Origin: a virus
DNA length: 64,000 nt
Direction: 5' to 3' (one strand)
IMG/VR virus record: IMGVR_UViG_3300031673_000027
Below, one piece after another: positions 1-8,780 of the stretch (position 1 is the first letter of the stretch; every line of letters starts with the position of its first letter). Under the pieces are notes generated by a model that worked only from the letters and a program-made list of their open reading frames with translations, did no database searches and was not told the DNA's origin. The position numbers were made by a program, and so were the translations under genes.

Positions 1-390
1 TGTATTTCTCTGTTTCCACCACCGGCGTCTCCGGCGACATCTCCGGCTGGGTCCTGCCGGCCACCCTGGTGACTTTCTATGTTTCCACCACCGGCGTCTC
101 CGGCGACATCTCCGGCTGGGTCCTGCCGGCCACTCTGGTGACTTTCTATGTGAACAGCACATCAGTTTCCGGCGACATCTCCGGCTGGGTCCTGCCGGCC
201 ACTCTGGTGTATTTCTCTGTTTCCACCACCGGCGTCTCCGGCGACATCTCCGGCTGGGTCCTGCCGGCCACCCTGGTGACTTTCTATGTTTCCACCACCG
301 GCGTCTCCGGCGACATCTCCGGCTGGGTCCTGCCGGCCACTCTGAGGTATTTCTATGTTTCCACCACCTCAGTTTCATATAAGTCGCCGG
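1..390. repeat. 69-bp tandem repeat (23-aa unit), at least 5 copies, continuing upstream of the window
   Basis: Units begin at about -1, 69, 138, 207, 276 and 345. The unit ending at 68 is identical to the unit at 207-275. The units at 69 and 276 are nearly identical. Confidence 0.9.
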
Positions 391-755
391 GCGGGGCTTT
401 TACTAATGTCACCAATACCCTGACAAAGATTGATTTTGACAACTGTGCCCTCTCCAGCCAGCAAGTAGATAATGTCCTGGCCGATTTAGTGGCGAGTGGT
501 TCCATTGGCAATGAACTTGATTTAGCTGGCACAGGGGCAACTGCTAATAAGCCACCGACGATTGAAGGTCTGAAGAATAAAATCATATTAGTCAATCGCG
601 GGTGGACGGTGGTTATCACAGCGGGAAGGTCCGTATATGCCTCTCGCCCGATGTTCAGCCGCAAACGGCCCGAGCTATGGGCGGCAGCGACGGCGGCAGA
701 AGAGGAGCAATGGCTAACAACGATGGCAAGCGATGTATGCGTGACTATTGGGTGA
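1..755 (+). CDS. LRR-like repeat fibre/adhesin-like protein, C-terminal part (5' end lies outside the window)
   Basis: The frame is open from nt 3, so the GTG at 69 is internal. It has 23-aa repeats of the form VTFYVSTTGVSGDISGWVLPATL. The C-terminal module (QVDNVLADLV...NKIILVNRGWTV) is paralogous to the middle of the next protein. Confidence 0.6.
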   Translation, partial: YFSVSTTGVSGDISGWVLPATLVTFYVSTTGVSGDISGWVLPATLVTFYVNSTSVSGDISGWVLPATLVYFSVSTTGVSGDISGWVLPATLVTFYVSTTGVSGDISGWVLPATLRYFYVSTTSVSYKSPGGAFTNVTNTLTKIDFDNCALSSQQVDNVLADLVASGSIGNELDLAGTGATANKPPTIEGLKNKIILVNRGWTVVITAGRSVYASRPMFSRKRPELWAAATAAEEEQWLTTMASDVCVTIG

Positions 756-763
756 GCTGTTAA

Positions 764-3700
764 ATGGGTCTCCAAGAATATACATCCGGTGCGAATAACT
801 TCACGGCCCAGGTGACGGGCGACCATACCATTATCCTCATCGGCGGGGGTGGCGGCGGCGGTGGCGGCTCAACGGCTACGAATGGTGCTGGTGGTGGCGG
901 CGGCGGTGGCGGCGGTTGCTGCATCAAAGTCGTATCGCTTACAAAAGACCAGACGTATGCCTATGCTGTAGGTGCTGCTGGTGAAGGGGGCATACAGGGA
1001 GTACCTGGTACAGGTGGAGGTAATACTACCTTCGTTGTCGGTGCAACAACCTATACGGCGGGCGGAGGTGGCGGTGGTGCTGAGAACGCAGCCAAATCTA
1101 CCGGCGGAGCAGGCGGAACATCCACAAATGGTGACACGAACCGCACAGGGGGTGACGGCGGTACGGGAGCGACGGGTTCGGCAGGTGGCGGCTCTGGCGC
1201 TGGCACAACCGCTAACGGCAATGCAGGTGTCATTACGGCGGGCGGTGCAGCCGTCAGCCTCTACGGTGGCAAGGGTGGCGATGGCAAGATCGGCAACAAC
1301 CTAACAGGAGATGCAGGTGAATCACGTGGCGGTGGTGGCGGAGGTGGAACGGGCAAGACAGGCGATGGGAATGTAGGCTATGCCGGATATGTCCGCATTA
1401 CATGGGGGTCCGTTTATACCGAGACGGTTAATAATTCCATCGGGATCAGCGACAACAGAACGTTGCTTCGCAATGTCCATCGCACGATCTCCGATCCGTT
1501 GGGTCTAACCGATAGCAGAACAGTTATACCTACTATTATCACTTTTTATGGCACAACCGGCGTAACGGCCGTAACGCCATTATTTACATTTTCTTCTGGA
1601 ACAGTCAAGGTCTATGTTGAAGGTGAGTATGTCGAAGACCTGACCAGTGGAGTTGCTGGCAACATAGCTTTAACGGAGGATGAGAAACTTGAATATGTGA
1701 TTAGCGATTGGGATGCCATCACAAGGATTGACATCAATGGGGATAAAGTTTCCGGCAACGTCAGTGGGTGGGTAATACCAACCACTATAATATCACTGAA
1801 ATTAAATTCTACTTCTGTTTCTGGTGATATTTCTGGGTGGGTATTCCCCAATACTCTTGAGCAGTTGAATTTATCTGGTACTTCTGTTTCTGGTGATATT
1901 TCTGGGTGGGTATTCCCTGAAGGTGTAGTTACTGTCAATTTTTATTTACACTACACTTCCCTGACAGGCGACATTTCCGGGTGGACGTTACCATCTCTTT
2001 GTCAGGATTTGTATTTGCATCATACTTCTGTTTCGGGTGATATTTCCGGGTGGGTATTACCTACAGATTTTATGCTTCTTTATATAAATGATACGGCAAT
2101 AGATTATGATTCATCGGGTGGTGCACTTGCAGACTATCCGATGGACCTCTCTCAGATCAACTTTAGTAGTTGTTTGTTGACTCAATCTCAGGTCGATAAT
2201 GTTTTAGCTGATTGCGTGACCGGTGCTTCAACAAACAGAACACTTTGGATAGCGGGTACGAATGCCGAGCCTTCGGCCACTGGCCTGTCCAACAAAGCAA
2301 TTTTGGTATCGAGGGGATGGACTGTTGAGACTACAGGTGTTAACGAGTACATAAAAACAATCAACGATTCATTGGGCGTGACGGACGCAAGGACACTTAT
2401 CAGAAACGTCTTGTGCACGTTCGATGAGTCGATGGGGGTCGCGGATGACCGCAGCCCTGTCAATGCGACACTGCGCTTGGTGGCAGAGGCATTGGGTCTG
2501 ACGGATGCTACAATCAGCACAAAAGGGATTCTGCGAATAATGGAAGAATCGCTGGGCTTGACCGATGCCAATGCAAAAAACGAAGGCAAATCTCTGTTAG
2601 ACGGTCTGGGCATTGAAGATTCAATGTCACGCACTTACGTAGGTCTCAGAACGATAGCCGAATCGCTGGGCATAACGGACGATGCTGATTTTGCCGCTGT
2701 GTTTTTGCGAGCGTTATCTGAATCCATCGGCTTGACCGATTCACGCTCAATAGTCAAGGGCCTTAACCGTACCGTCGCCGATACTCTGGGGCTGGCAGAT
2801 GAGACGGTTCGTCTCTCTATCATGTTGAGAATCGTCTCTGAATCGCTTGGCATTACGGATGCTACATCGAGAGTTGTTGAGTCGAATAGGATGCTTGGCG
2901 ACACGCTGGGCTTGAGCGACAGTCCTATGGTCTATGAGACGCTCGTCGCCATAGCCGAATCTTTAGGTGTCCTTGATGCAACGGCAAAGGGCGAAGGCAA
3001 AACACTTGCTGACGCCCTGGGGATGGCTGACGAGACGACAAGGGTTTCCGTTGTTGTGAGAGTCCTCACTGAGTCTTTGGGGTTGACTGATAGCACGTCA
3101 AAAGTATGGGTGGCTCTCAGAGTCCTCGCTGACGATCTCGGCCTTACGGATATCATGTCCGAGGTCTTCGTCCCAGCAGGCGCCGAACAATTCGAGCGAA
3201 CGGTGAATGATGCGTTGGGACTTACGGACAGCAGCTCCAAAATTCACGTTGCGCTGCGGATACTGTCCGAGAGCCTCGGCCTGACGGATTCTATTGCCAG
3301 ACTCTTCATCGTCAGCCGGCTCATTAGTGACAGCGAAGGTCTGACCGACGGGCGGGTTCTCGGTAGAGTTGTGGCGATGACCGACAGCCTGGGTCTGACA
3401 GATAGCCTCACAAAAGTGATGGTCATTCTCCGCACGCAGAACGACCCCCTGGCGTTGAGCGATTCGCTGACTTCGCTGCTCTCGATTCTGAGGACGGCCA
3501 TGGATGCGATGGCCATATCAGATACAGTATCCAAGGGTGAAGGCAAAACTTTGGCTGATTCCATCGGGATTACTGATTCGGCGACCCATGTTTACGGATG
3601 CCTGAAAACGATAGCGGATTCTCTCGGCCTGGCTGACGACATTGGGCTGGTATGGGCAGTCATCAGGGAAGTCGCCGATGGATTAGGGCTCACAGACGCG

Positions 3701-5146
3701 ATCGAGACGGACGGCGTTGGTGTTTATTTCAGGGTTATAAATGATGCTCTCGGCCTGAGCGATATCACAACAAGAAATTTCGTCGTCCTGCGTATTCTGT
3801 CGGAAAGTTTATCTGTAAGCGATTCAGTAATAAGCCTGTTTGCGATCAGCAAACTCATAAGCGATAGCGAGGGAATTACGGACGGCCTTACCTTGCGTAG
3901 GGTTTTGTCTATCACGGACGCATTGGGGCTGACAGATGATTTCACGAAGCAATTGTCTATCGTCAAAACGCAGAGCGATGAGGTTGCCTTGACCGATGCT
4001 CTGGGTTCATTGCTTCTGATGCTTCGGACAGTACAAGAGAACATTGGAATTACAGATTCGACTTCTAAGGACGAACACAAATCGCTCTCAGAGTCAATCG
4101 GATTGACCGACTCAACTTCCCGCGTCTATGTCGCGTTGAGAACGATAGCCAATTCGCTCGGCATGACCGATGACATGACCCGCGTGTGGACAGTACTCAG
4201 GACTGTCAGTAACGCCCTGGGTATTACAGACCTGATGGATTACGAGGGCGTTGGCAACTTCGTCAAAACGATCAACAACACCGTGGGATTGACGGACGAT
4301 ACCTTGAAAGTCTGCGTTGTTCTCAGGGTGCTTTCTGAGACTCTCGGTCTGACTGACTCCATAGCCACGCTGTTTGCGATGAGCCGTTTCATCAGCGATA
4401 GCGAGGGTATCACGGACGGCACGATCTTGGCCAGAGCGTTGTCGATAACAGACAGTTTCGGCATGACGGACGAGTTCAGCAGATTGTTGACTGTCGTGAG
4501 AACCGAGAATAACGCCGTTGGCATGAGCGATTCCATGTCACGTTTTATTGGTATCGTTCGAGCCATTATTGACCTGATGGGGTCAACGGATTCAGCTACC
4601 AAACTCCACGCCATGATGCGGACAGTCTCGGACAGCATCGGCGTGGCTGATAGTTATTCGTCTGTTTGGTCAGTCCTGCGGACTATAGACGAGACAATGG
4701 GTCTTTCCGACCTTATGGACTATGACGCCGCAGGGATTATCGTTCGCATCATCAACGACGTTCTCGGCCTCACCGATGCCCGGTCAAAAGTCCATATCGC
4801 CCTCCGGGCGCTTACCGAATCGCTGAATATATCCGACTCCGTTGCTCGTCTGTTTGCCGTCAGCCGAATTGTCAGCGACTCGCAAGGGCTGACCGACAGC
4901 CTCGTTTTGGGCCGGCTCATCGCCGTGTCGGACACTCTCGGGATCACAGATTCCGTCGTGAAACTGATTGATTATCTGCGGACGCAGACCGATTCCATAG
5001 GAACGCTCGATGCCATGATTAGAGTAATTCAGGCACTTCGGACGATAGAGGATGGCATGGGTATCTCGGACGTAGAAACGCATCAGTTCGATGCTTTGAT
5101 TAAGGCGGCATGGGCTTTCATGGTCACGAGGCAAACGCATAGTTGA
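764..5146 (+). CDS. giant repeat-rich virion fibre-like protein (1460 aa): glycine-rich N-domain, LRR-like block, long LGLTD repeat array
   Basis: A single long ORF. It has poly-G runs (GGGGGGGGGS...GGGGGGGGGCC), SGDISGWV repeats, and about 45 units of roughly 19 aa (xLGLTDSxxxxxxxLRxxxES). Its position is in the structural region. Confidence 0.7.
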   Translation: MGLQEYTSGANNFTAQVTGDHTIILIGGGGGGGGGSTATNGAGGGGGGGGGCCIKVVSLTKDQTYAYAVGAAGEGGIQGVPGTGGGNTTFVVGATTYTAGGGGGGAENAAKSTGGAGGTSTNGDTNRTGGDGGTGATGSAGGGSGAGTTANGNAGVITAGGAAVSLYGGKGGDGKIGNNLTGDAGESRGGGGGGGTGKTGDGNVGYAGYVRITWGSVYTETVNNSIGISDNRTLLRNVHRTISDPLGLTDSRTVIPTIITFYGTTGVTAVTPLFTFSSGTVKVYVEGEYVEDLTSGVAGNIALTEDEKLEYVISDWDAITRIDINGDKVSGNVSGWVIPTTIISLKLNSTSVSGDISGWVFPNTLEQLNLSGTSVSGDISGWVFPEGVVTVNFYLHYTSLTGDISGWTLPSLCQDLYLHHTSVSGDISGWVLPTDFMLLYINDTAIDYDSSGGALADYPMDLSQINFSSCLLTQSQVDNVLADCVTGASTNRTLWIAGTNAEPSATGLSNKAILVSRGWTVETTGVNEYIKTINDSLGVTDARTLIRNVLCTFDESMGVADDRSPVNATLRLVAEALGLTDATISTKGILRIMEESLGLTDANAKNEGKSLLDGLGIEDSMSRTYVGLRTIAESLGITDDADFAAVFLRALSESIGLTDSRSIVKGLNRTVADTLGLADETVRLSIMLRIVSESLGITDATSRVVESNRMLGDTLGLSDSPMVYETLVAIAESLGVLDATAKGEGKTLADALGMADETTRVSVVVRVLTESLGLTDSTSKVWVALRVLADDLGLTDIMSEVFVPAGAEQFERTVNDALGLTDSSSKIHVALRILSESLGLTDSIARLFIVSRLISDSEGLTDGRVLGRVVAMTDSLGLTDSLTKVMVILRTQNDPLALSDSLTSLLSILRTAMDAMAISDTVSKGEGKTLADSIGITDSATHVYGCLKTIADSLGLADDIGLVWAVIREVADGLGLTDAIETDGVGVYFRVINDALGLSDITTRNFVVLRILSESLSVSDSVISLFAISKLISDSEGITDGLTLRRVLSITDALGLTDDFTKQLSIVKTQSDEVALTDALGSLLLMLRTVQENIGITDSTSKDEHKSLSESIGLTDSTSRVYVALRTIANSLGMTDDMTRVWTVLRTVSNALGITDLMDYEGVGNFVKTINNTVGLTDDTLKVCVVLRVLSETLGLTDSIATLFAMSRFISDSEGITDGTILARALSITDSFGMTDEFSRLLTVVRTENNAVGMSDSMSRFIGIVRAIIDLMGSTDSATKLHAMMRTVSDSIGVADSYSSVWSVLRTIDETMGLSDLMDYDAAGIIVRIINDVLGLTDARSKVHIALRALTESLNISDSVARLFAVSRIVSDSQGLTDSLVLGRLIAVSDTLGITDSVVKLIDYLRTQTDSIGTLDAMIRVIQALRTIEDGMGISDVETHQFDALIKAAWAFMVTRQTHS

Positions 5147-5149
5147 AAG

Positions 5150-5620
5150 ATGAAAATTAAGAAAACGAAACTATCGACCGGATATCACTATACCAGCAAT
5201 GATTGCTGGAAGAAGATTCAAGCGGAGGGCCTGCAACCCTATGAAATTCATAAGCAGGCGTTGGTCTCTCTTTTTAGAACACACTGCATTAGAGGCATCT
5301 GGCTTTGGGACATGAAAATTACCGGTCTGGCTCACAGGGGTTGCATACTCTATCAAATGGCCCACAAGAATACCGTCAATGCAGTTCTTTTGCGTGTGAG
5401 ATTTGACCGAAAAAAAACCTTGCGTGTACCGGGTCATCCCGACGATAGGGTTACTCTTCTTCACTCCGGCCATTTAGAGAACCTTAAATATCATACGGGA
5501 CAGGAAAAGGCTGTTATTGTATGCGAACCTATACCACCGTCACAGATCGAGTTGGTTGAGAAGTACTGTTTACTGGATATCTGGAAACAGAAAGGGAAAC
5601 GAAAGCGAAGGTCATTGTGA
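5150..5620 (+). CDS. hypothetical protein
   Basis: 156-aa ORF starting 4 nt after the giant gene, with a basic C-terminus. No motif recognised. Confidence 0.45.
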   Translation: MKIKKTKLSTGYHYTSNDCWKKIQAEGLQPYEIHKQALVSLFRTHCIRGIWLWDMKITGLAHRGCILYQMAHKNTVNAVLLRVRFDRKKTLRVPGHPDDRVTLLHSGHLENLKYHTGQEKAVIVCEPIPPSQIELVEKYCLLDIWKQKGKRKRRSL

Positions 5621-5701
5621 CCATTAACGACTAAGCCAAAAGAAGAGCAGGCACAAGCGGAGTAGCTACCGCCGAGTGCTGTAACCACGAAGCCTGTTAC
5701 A

Positions 5702-5744
5702 GGGGCTGCGAGGTCGAAAGACTTTGCAGCCCCTTTTTCTTTTG
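5702..5744 (+). terminator. rho-independent terminator
   Basis: Perfect 8-bp stem, GGGGCTGC (5702-5709) with GCAGCCCC (5726-5733), followed by TTTTTCTTTT. Confidence 0.8.
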
Positions 5745-5773
5745 GCAAAAAAAAAACTGAAAGGATTTATGCA

Positions 5774-6286
5774 ATGCAAGAACAAACAGTGAAAAAAGAT
5801 GGCGTGTGTTTGAGAGGCGAGGTCATTGCCGAGTTGAGGGGCAAAGACGGCAGGCTCAAGGAAAGACAGGTGTTTCACAACCTGGTGACGGACCAGGGCG
5901 ACATTTTCGCCAAGTCAGCGATCTATACAGCGGCTTACTCGACCTGGGGCATGAAGCTCGGCACAGCGACGACGGAAGCAGCCAAGAACGGGGCGGGTAG
6001 CTTTCAAGCTGTTGCCGACTATGTGGACGGCTCGGCCAAAGCATTGGATGACAGCACGCCGAAAGAGGGTGCCTCAGCTAACATTTGCCAGTTCCGCAGA
6101 CTATGGGCAGCGGGTGAAGGAACCTCCGCGACGATTAACCGCGTGTCCATTGTCGACAACACGACAAATGCCGGCGAAGCCGATGCAACTCACACCTATG
6201 CGATTGCCGTCTTCGCTGCACAGATCGCCAAAGGCGCCGATGATACTTTGACGGTCACATGGAACGTGACGTATCTCGGTGCGTGA
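5774..6286 (+). CDS. hypothetical virion-associated protein
   Basis: 170-aa ORF after the terminator, in the structural region. No family recognised. Confidence 0.5.
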   Translation: MQEQTVKKDGVCLRGEVIAELRGKDGRLKERQVFHNLVTDQGDIFAKSAIYTAAYSTWGMKLGTATTEAAKNGAGSFQAVADYVDGSAKALDDSTPKEGASANICQFRRLWAAGEGTSATINRVSIVDNTTNAGEADATHTYAIAVFAAQIAKGADDTLTVTWNVTYLGA

Positions 6287-6295
6287 TAAGCACTT

Positions 6296-6934
6296 ATGAA
6301 CTTTTGTGAATGTGGTTGCGGTGAGATGACAAAACCTGGCAACAGGTACGTGGCGCAACATCACCATAGAGGTAAGTCGCCTTCTCCAGAATCTAACGAG
6401 AAAAGACGGCAAACGCAGTTAGGCAGAAAGCGCTCTGAGAAACACAAGAAAACAAGGGCGGCCCATAAAGAGAATTGCCAATGTTTCTGCTGTAGGAATA
6501 AGAGAGGCGAACTCAAGGGTGACAATTGCCCCAATTATGGCCGACGACACACTGAAGATCACAAAAGAAAAGTAAGTAAAGTTCTCAGATCGAGAGGTGG
6601 GCACCGGTTTGATTGTCTGTGTCCATTCTGCAAAGCGAAGAAAGGCCAGCATCCTAATTGGCATGGTGGCATTTCGAGAGAAGGATACCCATGCAGATTC
6701 AATGAGAAATTGAAAGAGGATGTCAGAAAACGAGATGGGAATATCTGCCAGGTATGCAACAAGACTCGGGAAGAAAATGGAAGAAAGTTGGATGTTCATC
6801 ACATCGATTACGACAAAGAAAATGTTGCGATGAACAATCTCGTTTCTCTCTGTAGAAGCTGTAACGTCAAAGTGAACAAAGACAGGGAACACTGGTCGAA
6901 TTATTTTCTTCTGCGTTGGATATTGGTGGCGTAA
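6296..6934 (+). CDS. HNH homing endonuclease (free-standing)
   Basis: C-terminal HNH motif (VHHIDYDKENVAMNNLVSLCRSCNVKVN). Multiple Cys pairs and basic NUMOD-like stretches. Inserted between structural genes. Confidence 0.75.
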   Translation: MNFCECGCGEMTKPGNRYVAQHHHRGKSPSPESNEKRRQTQLGRKRSEKHKKTRAAHKENCQCFCCRNKRGELKGDNCPNYGRRHTEDHKRKVSKVLRSRGGHRFDCLCPFCKAKKGQHPNWHGGISREGYPCRFNEKLKEDVRKRDGNICQVCNKTREENGRKLDVHHIDYDKENVAMNNLVSLCRSCNVKVNKDREHWSNYFLLRWILVA

Positions 6935-6945
6935 AGGGGCATAAA

Positions 6946-7428
6946 ATGCAGGCTACCTACTCAGGACAGGCCAATGAAGTCGGCCTGCCGATAGTGGCTA
7001 AGGCCAGCGGCAATCCGATTACAGCGGGGACGATCAACTTCTATCTGCGAGACGTGGATACGGGCGATTGGTTTCAGGGCTCCGACCAGACCTGGCAATC
7101 GAGCGAGTCCATTGCTGGCGCCGGCGGTCATGTCGCGGATGGCCATTGGTCGGTGTCTCTACCGACAGAAGCATGGCTCGACGGGCATCGCTATCGTCTC
7201 TATGCAAAAGAATCCGGCGATCTGCATATCCCCGTGGCCGACAGCATCCTGTGTCTGTTTGCCAATTTACTGCGGATTTCTTCGGCCTGGCTGATGGGAA
7301 TATGGCGCGATAAACCTACCGACTCCACCGTCAAACAGTTGCTCGACCCCGTGGATGGCACGACGGTGATTCTGGAAATCGCACTCAGTGAGACGACGCC
7401 GTACAAGACGGTGACAGTGAAGATATGA
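6946..7428 (+). CDS. hypothetical virion protein
   Basis: ATG at 6946 follows AAAGGGG. The track start at 6916 is a TTG that overlaps the HNH gene. Confidence 0.5.
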   Translation: MQATYSGQANEVGLPIVAKASGNPITAGTINFYLRDVDTGDWFQGSDQTWQSSESIAGAGGHVADGHWSVSLPTEAWLDGHRYRLYAKESGDLHIPVADSILCLFANLLRISSAWLMGIWRDKPTDSTVKQLLDPVDGTTVILEIALSETTPYKTVTVKI

Positions 7429-7886
7429 GGATACAGGGCAATGACCTGATGGCGTTTTTCACCGGCGGCGTGCTGGAGTCGATTGATACGCCGACGGCGC
7501 CGACCGTGTCAGGGACGGCCACCGAGCTTGATACGGAGATGCTGGAGGCGGTCGATGAGATTATCGCCGAGCTCGGAAAGGTGTTAACCTTTTGGGTGTA
7601 TCCCACGGAGACCTACAACCCGGCCACAGGCAAGAAGACAACCTCTGACGCGACACAATACAACAAAAAGGCCATTCCGCCTTATGAGGTGTCTTTGAAG
7701 TACGTTGACGGGGACCTGGTCAAGGTCGGCGATTTGGCGACGGGCGTGCCAGCGAAGGACATCGAGTTTACTCCAGAGAAGGGCATGAAGGTCAGCATCG
7801 ACACAGCCATTTGGGTAATTACGCGAGTAGCGCCGATATACAGCGGCGAATGGATTTGTCTATATCTGTTGCAACTAAGGAGATAA
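7425..7886 (+). CDS. hypothetical head-tail joining protein
   Basis: ATGA start/stop overlap with the upstream gene. Lies just before the gp10-like and terminator genes. Confidence 0.5.
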   Translation: MRIQGNDLMAFFTGGVLESIDTPTAPTVSGTATELDTEMLEAVDEIIAELGKVLTFWVYPTETYNPATGKKTTSDATQYNKKAIPPYEVSLKYVDGDLVKVGDLATGVPAKDIEFTPEKGMKVSIDTAIWVITRVAPIYSGEWICLYLLQLRR

Positions 7887-7949
7887 CACAATGCCGTGCC
7901 ATAAGGAAAAAAGAAAAGGCGGCGGGAAAGGCAAGAAAGGCAAAGGCCG

Positions 7950-8348
7950 GTGACGGACAACCTCGCTCAATTCAATCGAGAGATCGACGCCTTTGCCCGC
8001 AAGGTGCCGGATAGGGCCGTCACGCTGCACAAGAAAGTCGCGTTCGAGGCCCTACGCCGGCTGGTTTCCAAAACTCCCGTCGATACCGGCAGGGCCCGCG
8101 GCGACTGGCAGGTGACCATTGGTGACCCGGCCACAGGACAGCTCGATGTGCTCGATGTCAGCGGAAGCCTGACGGTCGCCGCCGGTTTGGCGGCTCTTGC
8201 GGGTTTGCCGCCCTATCAAATCGTCTGGATCAGCAACAACGTCGATTATATCGAACGGCTGGAGCACGGGCACAGCAAGCAGGCGCCCGAGGGAATGCTG
8301 GCCGTGACTGTCGAAGAGTTGCGGGCGATGTTCAGGGAGGCGGCGTAA
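7950..8348 (+). CDS. HK97 gp10-like tail completion / head-tail joining protein
   Basis: Motif ISNNVDYIERLEHGHSKQAPEGM is typical of the HK97 gp10 family as I recall it. Synteny supports the call. Confidence 0.7.
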   Translation: MTDNLAQFNREIDAFARKVPDRAVTLHKKVAFEALRRLVSKTPVDTGRARGDWQVTIGDPATGQLDVLDVSGSLTVAAGLAALAGLPPYQIVWISNNVDYIERLEHGHSKQAPEGMLAVTVEELRAMFREAA

Positions 8349-8351
8349 CGC

Positions 8352-8759
8352 ATGACAAGCGAAGCCATAGCCAACGCGATCCGTAGCCGGTTCAAAAGCC
8401 AGGTGGCCGACGTGCTGGAGTTGCCGACGCACTACGACAATCACAAGTTCGACAACCCGGACAATGCCAAATGGTGCCGGTTGACGATCAAGACCGGCGA
8501 GACGTTTCAAATGTCGATCGGCAGTCCAGACGGGCAGCGAGAGCGGACCCACGGCGTGATGATTGCCCAGCTCTTCGGGCCTATTGGCGAAGGGGACGGC
8601 GAGTTGCGGGAAATCGCGGACGCCGTCCGAGCGGCCTTCCGTAGGGTGACAGATACCGGCGTGACGTTTCGGACGCCGTCGGCTCACGAGCAGGGACTGT
8701 TCAGCGATTCATGGCAGATCAATGTGGTCTGCCCATTCTATGCAGACGATATCGGGTAA
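8352..8759 (+). CDS. tail terminator-like protein (DUF4128/gpU-like)
   Basis: 135 aa, pattern THYDNHKFDNPDNAKWCRLTIKTGETFQMSIG, located directly upstream of the tail tube gene. Confidence 0.6.
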   Translation: MTSEAIANAIRSRFKSQVADVLELPTHYDNHKFDNPDNAKWCRLTIKTGETFQMSIGSPDGQRERTHGVMIAQLFGPIGEGDGELREIADAVRAAFRRVTDTGVTFRTPSAHEQGLFSDSWQINVVCPFYADDIG

Positions 8760-8780
8760 CGATTTTGAAGGGAATACAAA

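Noticed and set aside
972-1304. Alternative-frame ORFs (972..1304 on the + strand, 1051..1233 on the - strand) inside the glycine-rich domain.
   Set aside because: GGN-rich DNA is open in several frames. These are nested in the 1460-aa ORF and give Ala/Pro/Arg-rich nonsense.
2300-5146. Diversity-generating retroelement or other targeted hypervariation as the explanation for the LGLTD repeats.
   Set aside because: There is no reverse transcriptase in the window, and no template/variable repeat pair with adenine-specific differences. The repeats are diverged at all positions.
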